Shown one piece after another: positions 26,901 through 36,848 of a stretch of 64,000 bases of DNA. The stretch is from Dehalococcoidia bacterium (lineage in GTDB: Bacteria > Chloroflexota > Dehalococcoidia > Lucifugimonadales > CBDBON01). Location: the NCBI GenBank assembly GCA_965198105.1, contig OZ240240.1, positions 797,221 through 861,220 on the forward strand. The letters run 5' to 3'. Position 1 is the stretch's first letter. The number at the start of each line of letters is the position of its first letter. The position numbers and the translations under genes were made by a program. The notes under the pieces are model-generated. The model was not told where the DNA came from. It worked only from the letters and a program-made list of their open reading frames with translations, and searched no databases.

Positions 26901-26929
26901 ATTATGCCAGCGTAGAAGACGTTTTGCAA
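26901..26929 (-). promoter_or_regulatory. Candidate promoter for vapBC giving a leaderless or near-leaderless mRNA
   Basis: Minus strand reads TTGCAA-N17-CATAAT, then only 6 nt (GCAGTC) before the vapB ATG. No SD sequence. Confidence 0.45.
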
Positions 26930-26996
26930 TAGCAGTCGCCCCTCTGGGGAATCATCCTCCCACTAGCCTGTTAACCGGCTGGCCCGGGGTGGGGGG

Positions 26997-28019
26997 TTAG
27001 GAGGCAGCTTCGCACACGGTGTCCAGTATCAGCTGCGTCACCCTGTACGGGTCGCAGTTGGCGTTGGGCCGCCTGTCCTCTATGTACCCCTTGCGGTCCC
27101 GGTGCACCTGCCAGGGAATGCGGACCGACGCCCCCCTGTCCGACACTCCGTACCTGAACTCCCTGTAGGAGCAGGTCTCGTGGAGACCGGTCAGGCGCTC
27201 TTCGATGCGGTCGCCGTAGTTGACGATGTGCTCGTCGTGGTTGGAGCCCAGCGCCTCGGCGGCGGCGACGCAGGCCTCGTAGCTCTGGCGCATCTGCCTG
27301 GTCGAGAAGTTCGTGTGGGCGCCCGCGCCGTTCCAGTCACCCTGCATCGGCTTGGGGTCGAGCCTTGCGCTGGCCCTGGTGCCTTCCGGGCCGATGGGGA
27401 CATCCTCTCCGATGCGGTACAGCAGCCATCGGGCGACCCAGAGCTGATCGGCCACCTCGGGCGTGCCGACCGGCCCGATCTGAAACTCCCACTGGGCCGG
27501 CATCACTTCCGCGTTGATGCCGGATATCATCAACCCGGCCTTGAGGCAGGCGTCCAGATGGGCTTCGACGACGGGGCGGCCGAAGACCTCGTCAGACCCG
27601 ACTCCGCAGTAGTATCCGCCCTGGGGCGCGGGGAAGCCGTTGTCCGGCCAACCCAGAGGCTTGATGCCGTCGAAGAAGGTGTACTCCTGCTCGATACCGA
27701 ACCAGGTGTCGAAATCGGCGTACTTTTCCGACGCCGCCTGACACGCAGCCCTCGTATTCGACGGGTGAGGGGACATGTCCGTCAGCAGCACCTCGCACAT
27801 CACCAGCCTGTTGTCGCCTCCGCGAATCGGGTCCGGGCACGAGAAGACCGGCCTCAACACACAGTCCGAGTCCTCCCCGGGGGCCTGGTTCGTACTTGAT
27901 CCGTCGAAGCCCCATAGAGGCGGCGCCTCCCCCTTCGGGACGACCATGCCCTTGGAGCGAAGCTTGGACGTCGGCTCCGTCCCGTCTACCCAGATGTATT
28001 CGGCCTTGTAGTATCCCAT
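26997..28019 (-). CDS. glnII: Glutamine synthetase, type II
   Basis: 340 aa. YKAEYIWVDG, WFGIEQEYTFF and NGAGAHTNFS fit GSII in pattern and size. Confidence 0.85.
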   Translation of the reverse strand: MGYYKAEYIWVDGTEPTSKLRSKGMVVPKGEAPPLWGFDGSSTNQAPGEDSDCVLRPVFSCPDPIRGGDNRLVMCEVLLTDMSPHPSNTRAACQAASEKYADFDTWFGIEQEYTFFDGIKPLGWPDNGFPAPQGGYYCGVGSDEVFGRPVVEAHLDACLKAGLMISGINAEVMPAQWEFQIGPVGTPEVADQLWVARWLLYRIGEDVPIGPEGTRASARLDPKPMQGDWNGAGAHTNFSTRQMRQSYEACVAAAEALGSNHDEHIVNYGDRIEERLTGLHETCSYREFRYGVSDRGASVRIPWQVHRDRKGYIEDRRPNANCDPYRVTQLILDTVCEAAS

Positions 28020-28172
28020 GTGTACACCTCAGCTAGGCGCCGAATGCGCCGTCTCTAGATCCAGCGTGAGCTTGGCAACCGCTTCCGCAGACTCCCGGAA
28101 AGTATATCTTATGGGGCGGTTCTTACAACATAATGAACCAAGCAGATTCTATCAGTTACGGGAGGCGATTTC

Positions 28173-28961
28173 ATGCCTGAAGAGATTTTCTTGGACGGTT
28201 CCGGCGGAGTCGCGACGATCACACTCAACCGGCCCGATCAGCGGAACGCCGTCAGCTTCGACGGCTGGCTCGCTCTGCGCCGGATCGCCGGCGAGATCGA
28301 GCGTGACCCGGACGTCCGGGTCGTCGTGCTGACCGGCGCCGGAGAGCAGGCCTTCTCGGCCGGCGCCGACATCAAGGACTTCGAGCTGCACCGCCGCGAC
28401 TCGAAGAGCGCGCGCGCGTACGCGGCCGCCTTCGACGGGGCGATGGACGCCGTGGAGGCACTGTCCAAGCCCACCATCTCGATGATAAGGGGCTTCTGCG
28501 TCGGCGGGGGCTGCGAGCTCTCGACGGCGACCGACATCCGGGTCGCAGCCGAGGGGAGCCGGTTCGGCATCCCCGTCGCGCGGCTGGGCATCCTCGTGGG
28601 GTACAGAGAGATGCGCCGCCTCGTCAATCTCGTGGGCCCGGGCAACGCGTCGTACATCCTGCTCAGCGCGCGGCTCCTCGACGCCTCCGAGGCGTTGAGC
28701 ATCGGCCTGGTCAACCGCGTCCTGCCGTCCGGCGAGCTGCGCGGCTTCACCTACGGGATGGCCGAGGAGATGGTCTCCCTCGCGCCGCTGTCACAGAGAC
28801 GCCACAAGCAGATACTCCAGACCGTACTGCGCAACCCGTCGTTTGAGGCGCTCACCCCGGAGGAGGAAGAGAGGCCTTTCAGAAACTTCGACAGCGACGA
28901 CTTCCACGAGGGACGCAGGGCGTTCTTGGAACGCAGGCCAGCGCGGTTCATCGGGAGATAG
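28173..28961 (+). CDS. Enoyl-CoA hydratase/isomerase (crotonase) family protein
   Basis: 262 aa. ITLNRPDQRNAVS and VVVLTGAGEQAFSAGADIKDF. GGGAGG RBS. Confidence 0.85.
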   Translation: MPEEIFLDGSGGVATITLNRPDQRNAVSFDGWLALRRIAGEIERDPDVRVVVLTGAGEQAFSAGADIKDFELHRRDSKSARAYAAAFDGAMDAVEALSKPTISMIRGFCVGGGCELSTATDIRVAAEGSRFGIPVARLGILVGYREMRRLVNLVGPGNASYILLSARLLDASEALSIGLVNRVLPSGELRGFTYGMAEEMVSLAPLSQRRHKQILQTVLRNPSFEALTPEEEERPFRNFDSDDFHEGRRAFLERRPARFIGR

Positions 28962-28991
28962 CCGCCGTCCGACGCCGGGGCCTCCGCACGA

Positions 28992-30326
28992 TCACCGTAT
29001 GCGCTGGATCACCTGCCGGGTAGCGTCCACCAAGGTGTCAACCTCCGACTCGGTCGTCAGAGCATTGAGCGCGCCCGAGGCGCCGCTCATGAGGAGCACG
29101 CCCTCGTTAAGCAGCCCGGTGAACAGCGCCTTCTTCATCTGCCCGTCCCCGCGGAGCATCGACCGGTAGTCGCTGATCTCCTCGGAGGTGAAGTGGACGC
29201 CGAAGAGGGAGGCGACTCCCGTCACCTTGGCTGGCACCTCGAACTCCGCGAACACCGCCCTGAGCTTCTCCCGCAGCATCTCTCCCAGGCCGTTCATCCG
29301 GGCGTAGACCTCGGGTGTCAGGTGTCTCATCGTGACCTCGCCCGCGACGGCGGTCATCGGGTTGGCGTTGAAGGTGCCTGAGTGGGCAATCGCCGGGCTG
29401 CCTCCCGTCGGATCGAACTGGGCCATCAGATCCTCGCGTCCGCCGAAGGCGCCCACCGCCATGCCTCCCCCGATTATCTTGCCCATCGCGGTCAGATCGG
29501 GGATGATGCCGAACATCTCCTGCGCGCCGCCGGGGGCGACTCTGAAGCTCTGCACCTCGTCGAATATGAGCAGGATGCCCAGCTCCTCCGTGACCTCGCG
29601 GATGCCTCTGAGGAACTCGGGATCGGCCGGCAGATATCCGAAGCTGGAGGAGACCGGCTCCATGATGACGCACGACAGATCGTCCTTGTGGGCGCGGATC
29701 AGCCGCTCGCTCGTCTCCAAGTCGTTGTACGGCATGACTATCACGTCGTCCAAGATACTCTGCGGCTGGCCCGGATACTCTGGTATGGCCGTCGGGCCCG
29801 ACGGATCGAGGCTGTCGGCCGAAGGAGCCACGCTGACCGAGACCGACTCGTGCGCTCCGTGGTAGCCCCCCTCGAACTTGGCGATCTTCGGCTTGCCGGT
29901 GAAGGCCCGCGCCGCGCGGATCGCCATTAGGGTCCCCTCGGTGCCCGAGTTGGTGAACCGTATCGTGTCGACCGACGGTATCCTGTCGCACAGGAGCTTC
30001 GATAGCCTGATGAGCGCCTCCGTCGGGCCGCTGAACGCGGTCCCCCTCTCCGCCTGCTCCTGGAGCGCCCGGACCACCTCCGGGTGGGCGTGGCCCATGA
30101 TCAGGCTGGTCGCGTTGATCATGAAGTCCAGGTAGCCGTTGCCGTCGGCATCGAAGATGTGGTGCCCCTCTCCATGATCGACGAATATCGGATATGGGTC
30201 GAAGTACTGCGCGCCCCGCGTGCTGCCGCCGGGGAGGTAGCGCTGCGCCTCCTCCTGTAGCTGCGAGGACTTCTCGGTCCGCGCCCTGTACCGCTCCAGC
30301 TCCTGTTGGAGTTTGGCCTCGTTCAT
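28992..30326 (-). CDS. Class III (GSA-aminomutase-like) PLP-dependent aminotransferase
   Basis: 444 aa. FTNSGTEGTLMAIRAAR, KFEGGYHG, LIFDEVQSFR and MGKIIGGG. Confidence 0.8.
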   Translation of the reverse strand: MNEAKLQQELERYRARTEKSSQLQEEAQRYLPGGSTRGAQYFDPYPIFVDHGEGHHIFDADGNGYLDFMINATSLIMGHAHPEVVRALQEQAERGTAFSGPTEALIRLSKLLCDRIPSVDTIRFTNSGTEGTLMAIRAARAFTGKPKIAKFEGGYHGAHESVSVSVAPSADSLDPSGPTAIPEYPGQPQSILDDVIVMPYNDLETSERLIRAHKDDLSCVIMEPVSSSFGYLPADPEFLRGIREVTEELGILLIFDEVQSFRVAPGGAQEMFGIIPDLTAMGKIIGGGMAVGAFGGREDLMAQFDPTGGSPAIAHSGTFNANPMTAVAGEVTMRHLTPEVYARMNGLGEMLREKLRAVFAEFEVPAKVTGVASLFGVHFTSEEISDYRSMLRGDGQMKKALFTGLLNEGVLLMSGASGALNALTTESEVDTLVDATRQVIQRIR

Positions 30327-30374
30327 CGCTTCTCCTTCTTGCTTGGTCAGTTTCCCCCGCGCCGAGAGACGCCC

Positions 30375-31133
30375 CTACTGCGCCGTCCGCCCGCCGTCGA
30401 TCACGAGCTCGCTGCCCGTCATGTAGGACGACTCGTCCGATGCGAGGAACAGCACCCCGTACGCAATCTCCTCCGGCTGCGCGGACCGTCCCAACGGTAC
30501 CTGCGGGATGTGGCTCTCCAGCTGTCCGGGATTCGGGAAGGCGAACGGAGTCATGCCGGTGATCGTCAGCCCAGGATGCACCGAGTTGACCCTGATGCCC
30601 TCCTTCGCGTACTGGACCGCCGCCGACTTCGTCAAAAGGCGAACCGCTCCCTTGGACGCATTATAGGCGGTCGATCTTTGGCTACCAACCATACCCGCCG
30701 TGGAGGATATGTTGACGATCGAGCCGCTTCCTCTTCGCCTCATCACGTCCAGGACCGCGCGCATGCCGAGGAAGACGCCCTTCGCGTTGACGTCCATCAC
30801 CCGATGCCAGTCGTCCTCCGTCTCCTGCGCCAGCGTCGCGTAGTGGAAGATTCCGGCGTTGTTCACGAGGACGTCCAGTCCCCCGAAACGGTCGACAACC
30901 CGATCCACCACCGCCGTCCACTCATTCTCGCTCGTGACGTCGAGCCGTAGGAACATGCACTCGCCGCCGGCCTCGGCGATCTCGGCCTCAACGCGGCGGC
31001 CCTCATCCTCGAGCACGTCGGTCAGACAGACCCGCGCGCCCTCACCGGCGAAGAGCCTCGCCTCGGCCGCGCCCATCCCCCGCGCACCCCCTGTGATCAG
31101 TGCTACCTTTCCGTCCAGCCTCACGGCGCGCAA
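30375..31133 (-). CDS. SDR family oxidoreductase
   Basis: 252 aa. TGGARGMG glycine motif, NNAG, and catalytic YNASKGAV. Confidence 0.85.
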   Translation of the reverse strand: MRAVRLDGKVALITGGARGMGAAEARLFAGEGARVCLTDVLEDEGRRVEAEIAEAGGECMFLRLDVTSENEWTAVVDRVVDRFGGLDVLVNNAGIFHYATLAQETEDDWHRVMDVNAKGVFLGMRAVLDVMRRRGSGSIVNISSTAGMVGSQRSTAYNASKGAVRLLTKSAAVQYAKEGIRVNSVHPGLTITGMTPFAFPNPGQLESHIPQVPLGRSAQPEEIAYGVLFLASDESSYMTGSELVIDGGRTAQ

Positions 31134-31220
31134 GACCTCCTCGGGGCTACCCTACCACAATGGTGCAAGCCTCGCCCCACCCCTCAGGGCAATCGCATTA
31201 TGCCCTAGCGCGCCACTACT

Positions 31221-31270
31221 GTCATTCCGATGTCATTCCGAGCGCGCGAAGGGCAGCCGAGGAATCCAGG
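31221..31270 (+). repeat. Family-D hairpin element (GTCATTCCG...CGAGGAATCC type)
   Basis: GTCATTCCGA-TGTCATTCCGAGCGCGCGAAGGGCAGCCGAGGAATCCAGG: the ATTCC/GGAAT arms flank a GC-rich loop, and the left arm is duplicated. Confidence 0.6.
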
Positions 31271-31377
31271 ACGTCTGCCCGACATCCCCAGCCCTGTCGA
31301 TTTGACACTATCTGCGCCGTCCTCAATAATTCAGGATAGACCGAAACGGCCCAATTCCCCACGGAGGAGAAAAAGAG

Positions 31378-32760
31378 ATGGCCGATGTCGATATTGCCCT
31401 GATGGCCCACCTGATGCGGCGCGCCGGATTCGGCGCTTCCCGGCAGGAGCTGGAGAGGCGCGCAGCGGTCGGATACGAGCAGACCGTCGAAGAGCTGCTG
31501 GACCCGGATGCTCAGGAACCGGTCGACATCTACGACTTCTGGCGCTACTTCAACTACCAGTGGAAGCCGGGCACCCTCAACGGAGTCGGACAGTCCAGCT
31601 GGGTCTGGCGCATGATCAACACCAGGGCTCCGCTCCAAGAGAAGATGACGATCTTCTGGCACCAGATATTCGCCACCGGTGTCTCCAAGGTCGACCATTT
31701 CGACGAGATCACCGACATGATCGACCTGTTCCGCGAGAAGGGACTCGGAAAGTACCGCCGGCTGCTCGTGGATGTCGCCAAGAACCCGGCGATGATCTTC
31801 TGGCTGGACAACAACGAGAACCACGGCGGCGCGGTCAACGAGAACTGGGGCAGAGAGCTCTTGGAGCTGTTCACCATGGGCGTCGGCAACTATACCGAGG
31901 ACGACGTCAGGGAGTGCTCCCGCGCCTTCACCGGCTGGACGATGAGCACGAAGCTGCCGAGGTTCCCCATGGGCCGGTTCGACTGGCACTTCGTCTACAA
32001 GCCGGAGGACCACGACGACGGCGAGAAGAGCTTCCTCGGCCACAAGGGCAACTTCAACGGCGAGGACGTGATCGACATCATCCTCCGACAGCCGGCCACG
32101 GCGCAGTTCATGGCCCGCCACCTGTACAGCTTCTTCGTTGCGGACGAGGCGCAGGTGCCGGCCTGGTCGGTCACTCCGCCGAGGGACCCGGAGGCCGTCG
32201 ATCAGCTGGCCGAGGCCCTGATCGACTCCGGCTACGAATTCCGGTCGGCCCTGAGAGTGCTGTTCAATTCCGATTTCTTCAAGGCGGCGCGGTTCACCAA
32301 GGTGAAGAACCCGGCGGAGGCGGTGGTCGGCATGCTCCGGTTCGCCGGAGGGGCCGAGCGCCCGCAGCCTGCCATCATGGACTGGGCCCAGCAGATCAGC
32401 TACATGGGCCAGGAGCTTCTGAACCCGCCCAGCGTCGAGGGCTGGCACTACGGGGTGGAGTGGATCAACAGCGGCTCCCTGATACGCCGCATCAACTTCT
32501 TCGCCGATCTCGTCAGCGAAGTGGACCGGCCCGGAATACGCCGCATCATCGACGACCTGAGCTCCAACGGACGTTCGCCGGAGCAGGTCGTCGACGAGTG
32601 CCTCGATCTGTTGGGCTGCCTGGAGATAAACGACGATTCGAGGGCGGAGCTGGTCGAGCACGCAGCGGCGAACGGCGACACGGAGTCGAGCCGGTCCGAG
32701 GAGCGGGTCAGCGAGCTGCTCCAGCTTATCGTATCGCTCAGGGAGTTCCAGTTCGCATAA
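31378..32760 (+). CDS. DUF1800 domain-containing protein
   Basis: 460 aa. MAHLMRRAGFGASRQELE, IFWHQIFATG and ELLELFTMGVGNYTEDDV are hallmarks of DUF1800. Paralog of 61763-63178. Confidence 0.8.
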   Translation: MADVDIALMAHLMRRAGFGASRQELERRAAVGYEQTVEELLDPDAQEPVDIYDFWRYFNYQWKPGTLNGVGQSSWVWRMINTRAPLQEKMTIFWHQIFATGVSKVDHFDEITDMIDLFREKGLGKYRRLLVDVAKNPAMIFWLDNNENHGGAVNENWGRELLELFTMGVGNYTEDDVRECSRAFTGWTMSTKLPRFPMGRFDWHFVYKPEDHDDGEKSFLGHKGNFNGEDVIDIILRQPATAQFMARHLYSFFVADEAQVPAWSVTPPRDPEAVDQLAEALIDSGYEFRSALRVLFNSDFFKAARFTKVKNPAEAVVGMLRFAGGAERPQPAIMDWAQQISYMGQELLNPPSVEGWHYGVEWINSGSLIRRINFFADLVSEVDRPGIRRIIDDLSSNGRSPEQVVDECLDLLGCLEINDDSRAELVEHAAANGDTESSRSEERVSELLQLIVSLREFQFA

Positions 32761-32788
32761 GCCCTCTCCATGGGCCCTGGGAGGAAAA

Positions 32789-33796
32789 ATGCTGACGCAG
32801 ATGGTTCGCGACCGCGTCTACGATTTCAGTCACGCGGTCGGCGGCCGTGACATCTTAGGACACGTGGCCGTGGCCGTCGGCGCGGGCGACGACGTCTACT
32901 GCGCTGTCCGTATTCCCGGCTACAACTACTTCAGCTCGGTGATCCGGCTCACGATCGGAAACGTCCCCGGCGACGAGGAGATCGTGGGGATGTTCACCGA
33001 CCGCAACGACGCCCACCGTAGGCTCACATGGCCGGCCGGGATCGCGGTCGACGGTGAGTACAACGTCTACGTCACCGACGAGTGGCTGAACACGGTCACG
33101 GTGTACGACCGGGAGGGCGCCTATCTCCGTCACTGGGGCGAGGCCGGCAGCGATCCAGGCCAGCTTGGCGGCCCCTCCGGCATCGGCATCGACAGCCGCG
33201 GCAATATCCACGTCGTCGACTCCCTCAACCACCGCGTCCAGCAGTTCACCGCCGAAGGCGACTATATCGGCGGCTGGGGAGGCCTTGGCAACGGCCCCGG
33301 CGAGCTCCACAGCCCGTGGGGCCTGACCGTCGACGACCAGGACAAGGTATACGTCGCAGACCACAAGAATCACCGAGTACAGAAGTTCACCACGTCAGGC
33401 GAATACCTGGCGGAGTTCGGCTCGTACGGCAGCGGAAGGGGCGAGCTGAACAGGCCGTCCGACGTGACGGTCGACCCCGACGGAGACGTCTACGTCTGCG
33501 ACTGGGCCAACGACCGGGTCCAGGTATTCGACGTCGGCGGCGAGTACATCACCAGCTTCATCGGCGACGCGCAGGAGCTCACCAAGTGGTTCAAGGAGAC
33601 GGTCTACGCCAACGACGATGTGGTGAAGGCGAGGCGGCGCGTCGACAGCCTGGAGCCCGAGTGGCGCCTGAAGCTTCCCTGTGCGGTCGCCTTCGACGCC
33701 GCGAAGTCTCGCCTGATCATCGCCGACACCCAGCGCCGGCGCTTCCAGATATACAACAAGCTCAAGGACTACGCCGAGCCCCAGGTCAACCTGTAG
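32789..33796 (+). CDS. NHL repeat-containing protein (six-bladed beta-propeller type)
   Basis: 335 aa. Repeated P.G(I/L).VD..G..YV.D..N.RVQ.F units. Paralog of 60521-61543. Confidence 0.8.
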   Translation: MLTQMVRDRVYDFSHAVGGRDILGHVAVAVGAGDDVYCAVRIPGYNYFSSVIRLTIGNVPGDEEIVGMFTDRNDAHRRLTWPAGIAVDGEYNVYVTDEWLNTVTVYDREGAYLRHWGEAGSDPGQLGGPSGIGIDSRGNIHVVDSLNHRVQQFTAEGDYIGGWGGLGNGPGELHSPWGLTVDDQDKVYVADHKNHRVQKFTTSGEYLAEFGSYGSGRGELNRPSDVTVDPDGDVYVCDWANDRVQVFDVGGEYITSFIGDAQELTKWFKETVYANDDVVKARRRVDSLEPEWRLKLPCAVAFDAAKSRLIIADTQRRRFQIYNKLKDYAEPQVNL

Positions 33797-33881
33797 CCGC
33801 CAATGGGAGCCCAAGGCCATGCGCAAGGGCCGGGAGGTACGCTGGGACTCGCCGCGCCTCTACGGACCCTAAAGCGGAGAG

Positions 33882-34985
33882 CTACAGGGCGATAACCTCG
33901 ACCGCGTGCGGAAACACCATGTTGTTGCCGTAGCCTAGCCCGTCCCACCGGTTGGGAAAATCCATCGGCTGGGTCTCGCCGCGCGCGTTCGTGGCGCGAG
34001 ACATCAGGACGTAGCTGCCCGGGCCGGGTATCTCCCACGGGTACTCCCACCGGTACCAGGAGTAGCCGGACCTCGGCAGCAGGCGCGACTCGCGCCACGT
34101 CTCGCCGCCGTCGGTGCTGACTTCCACCCTCACCACCACCTCCTCACCCGACCAGGCGGCGCCGGACACCACATACCGGCCCTCCGGGACGGTCTCGCCG
34201 ATTGACGGTCCGGTGATGATCGACTTCACCTTCATCCTGGTCAGGTAGGTATAGGTGGTGTTCGCGCCGGGACCGTTCAGGACACGGTACCGCTCCTTCT
34301 GGTAGAAGCCCTCGAATTCGTGGTCCAAGATGCGGATGCCCACCAGCCACTTGACCGAGCACATGCCGTACCATCCCGGCGCCACTAGACGTAGAGGATA
34401 GCCGTGCAGCGGCGGGAGCTCCTCGCCGTTCATCTCGTAGGCGAGGAGCGTATCCGGGTGCGTCGCCTTATCGACCGGCAGGCTGCGCTCGTAGCTGACG
34501 TCCGGCGGGTCGCCCGCCACCTCGTCCGGGCCGTGGTCGGCCCCCTCGAACACGACGGACACTGCGGACGGCTTCACGCCGGCCATGTCTAGAACCTGGG
34601 CCAGGGATACGCCCGTCCACTCCGCGTTCCCCATGATCCCATGGCCCGATACACTCTCCATGACCGACCGGGTCTGTCTGGCCCAGTACTCGGGCACGGG
34701 GCTGTTGCCGCAGCACTCGAAGGTGACCTGGAAGCGCCTAACCGGCATCGCCCGTATCTCGTCATAGGTTAGGCGGATGGGGTTGTCCACCTCGCCGTCG
34801 ACGGCGAGGCGGTAGCTCGCGGTGTCGATCTCAGGCGCGCCCTTCCAGTGGTTGCGAACGTAGAACAGTTCGTTCGGCGTTATCGCCGTCTGGAGCCCCT
34901 TCGGCGGCGAGGAAAACGACCTGCCGCCCTCGTTCGTGGGAATGAGCTGGAGCCTCTCCGCGGAGCGAGTCTTGGGTGCGGCCAC
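33882..34985 (-). CDS. Sulfite oxidase-like molybdopterin oxidoreductase
   Basis: 367 aa. FYVRNHW, FECCGNS (Mo-ligand Cys region), and a C-terminal Mo-co dimerisation-like Ig domain. GTG start. Confidence 0.8.
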   Translation of the reverse strand: MAAPKTRSAERLQLIPTNEGGRSFSSPPKGLQTAITPNELFYVRNHWKGAPEIDTASYRLAVDGEVDNPIRLTYDEIRAMPVRRFQVTFECCGNSPVPEYWARQTRSVMESVSGHGIMGNAEWTGVSLAQVLDMAGVKPSAVSVVFEGADHGPDEVAGDPPDVSYERSLPVDKATHPDTLLAYEMNGEELPPLHGYPLRLVAPGWYGMCSVKWLVGIRILDHEFEGFYQKERYRVLNGPGANTTYTYLTRMKVKSIITGPSIGETVPEGRYVVSGAAWSGEEVVVRVEVSTDGGETWRESRLLPRSGYSWYRWEYPWEIPGPGSYVLMSRATNARGETQPMDFPNRWDGLGYGNNMVFPHAVEVIAL

Positions 34986-35014
34986 CGGAGCCTCCTGCTG
35001 ATGCGTCTGGTCCG

Positions 35015-35365
35015 CTATTCGACGTAGGCGGTCTCAGGGCTGTCGGTCGGAGAGATGACGATCATCTTCGCGGCGACCCAGGTGTTGTTCACGACCTTGT
35101 GCGGAACACCGGGCGGCGCCAGCATCGTATACCCGGCGCGTACGGTCTGTACGTCGTCGCCGACTATGAGCTGCACCGAGCCCTCCGTTATGATGACCGC
35201 CTCGTCGGTCGGGTGGATGTGCAGCCTCTCGTCCGCTCCCGGCTGGACCACCACCTCCCGTATCGTGAGGGAGGCTGCGCCGTCCCCGCTGTCCGCCAGG
35301 GAGCGAGAGCTCCGCCGGTCGACCGGCGGAGGCAGGGGGCGGCTGCTGTGGTCGATTATGGGCAC
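35015..35365 (-). CDS. Cupin domain protein
   Basis: 116 aa. LHIHPTDEAVIITEGSVQL...PPGVPHKVVN gives the two cupin His motifs. Confidence 0.75.
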   Translation of the reverse strand: MPIIDHSSRPLPPPVDRRSSRSLADSGDGAASLTIREVVVQPGADERLHIHPTDEAVIITEGSVQLIVGDDVQTVRAGYTMLAPPGVPHKVVNNTWVAAKMIVISPTDSPETAYVE

Positions 35366-36729
35366 GCCTGCCCCGTAGCGAGAGAGGATTGAGGCGGCGA
35401 GGGGGACGACGCCGCGCCGGTCTGAGCGCGTGCGAGCCAGTCGGAGTCGCGCACCGACGGCCTACGGCTCAGCCGTGCTCTGAGCAGCTCCTCGGCCCTG
35501 TCGCACCGCCCGGAGCGGAGGTACGCCTCCAGCAGGGTGTCCTCGAACACCTCCCGCTGGGCGTGGCTTCCTCCGAGGCGCGTGAGCTGGGGAAAGAGGG
35601 GCTCGATCCGCTCGACCGCCTCGTCGTACTCCCCTGCGGCGAAGGCGGCGATGCCGCGGGTCAGCGGAAGAGTGATCTCGCCGGCGAGGGCGTTCCCCCT
35701 CGCCGCCATATCATCGAGGCCGTCCAACATAGACTGGAAGGAGATCTCGTCGCCGTCCGCCGCGAAGGCTAGCGCCGCGTGAGCGTCTCGGAATCCGGGC
35801 CCTGGCGCTTTCGCCGCCGGGGCAGCCTGCTCCGCGACATCCCTCCACGGGAAGGGAGGCGGCGTCCCTCCGTACATCTGGATCCGCCACATCAGGGAGG
35901 CGCTGTCCGCGAGCGATAGCGGGCTCCTGTCCTTCACGGAGGGGCGTATCTGCGTATCGTAGATGTCGAAGACACGGTCGTACCTGCCCATCGCGAGCTC
36001 GAACAGAGCGAGGTGCCAGGAGAGGTGGACGTGGAACGGGGAGCGCGAATCGTAGTCAGTTAGCCACTCTCCAAGGAAATCGCCGCCGCCGTCGGCGTCC
36101 CCGGTCTCGAAGAAGACGTGCGCCACCGAGTGCGAGGCGTTGGCGTTGGCGGGTCGCTGCTCCAGAGAGCGCTCGGCGTGGCGGAGCGCCTCGTCGAACA
36201 GGCCGCACTCGTGGTGGGCGAAGGCGTACTGGCCCAGGAAGGCCCAGTCGTCGCCATAGTGCGGCTCCGCCTCCTTCAGGAGCATCAGCAGGTCGGGAGG
36301 GTAGTCGGCCACGCCCGCCCCGCTGCATCCGAGTACGAAGAGCCGGTTGGCCATCCTCAGCGACAGGGCTTCTCGCGGGCACTCGTCCAACTGCTCGCGG
36401 ATGAGGGCAAGAGCCTCAGCCCCTCTTCCGTTGACGAAGAGCGATACGGCCTCGACGCGCCGCCGCTCCCATCGCAGGCATCCGGCGGCCAGCGCGGCGG
36501 CCCGTTCGGCGCTCGCCTTCGCCTCTTCGACCTCGCCCCGCATCATCTGCATCTCGGAGATACCGGCGTGGGCGAGGGCAAACCCCTCGTCCTCCTCCAC
36601 AGCCCTCCGGAACGCCTCTTCGGGGCCGAAGTTCAGCGAGAGGAGGAGATCGACGCCCTCCGCATAGTGCTCCGCGGCTGCGGTCGAGCCTGTGCTCAAA
36701 GGAAGACCGTACCGGTCCCGAATCGCCAT
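35356..36729 (-). CDS. Tetratricopeptide repeat protein
   Basis: 457 aa, helical and Ala/Leu-rich with TPR-like periodicity. 10-nt overlap with the cupin gene. Confidence 0.6.
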   Translation of the reverse strand: MAIRDRYGLPLSTGSTAAAEHYAEGVDLLLSLNFGPEEAFRRAVEEDEGFALAHAGISEMQMMRGEVEEAKASAERAAALAAGCLRWERRRVEAVSLFVNGRGAEALALIREQLDECPREALSLRMANRLFVLGCSGAGVADYPPDLLMLLKEAEPHYGDDWAFLGQYAFAHHECGLFDEALRHAERSLEQRPANANASHSVAHVFFETGDADGGGDFLGEWLTDYDSRSPFHVHLSWHLALFELAMGRYDRVFDIYDTQIRPSVKDRSPLSLADSASLMWRIQMYGGTPPPFPWRDVAEQAAPAAKAPGPGFRDAHAALAFAADGDEISFQSMLDGLDDMAARGNALAGEITLPLTRGIAAFAAGEYDEAVERIEPLFPQLTRLGGSHAQREVFEDTLLEAYLRSGRCDRAEELLRARLSRRPSVRDSDWLARAQTGAASSPSPPQSSLATGQACP

Positions 36730-36848
36730 ATCTTGCCCCTGCGGCTCTTCCCAGGATGCTCCGGGCGCCTATCCTAACAGAGCAGTACCCGCGAAGGACA
36801 CATCACCCGGGTTGAGCAAAGCCCCTTAGGAACTCCATCGACATCTGC

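Noticed and set aside
28020-28172. Glutamine (glnA RNA) riboswitch upstream of glnII
   Set aside because: The leader contains CGGAAG, but I could not recognise the conserved glnA-motif helices or the E-loop. Evidence is insufficient without a covariance-model scan.
31222-32661. Long antisense or alternative-frame ORFs. Examples are 31222-32661(-), 47888-49342(-), 40986-42185(+), 42757-44142(+), 10947-12164(-), 254-1252(-), 8323-9012(-), 8505-9614(+) and 6837-7775(+).
   Set aside because: They lie opposite or out of frame to ORFs with clear family motifs. Their translations are Arg/Gly/Pro/Ala-rich low-complexity strings, as expected from stop-codon-poor frames in high-GC DNA.
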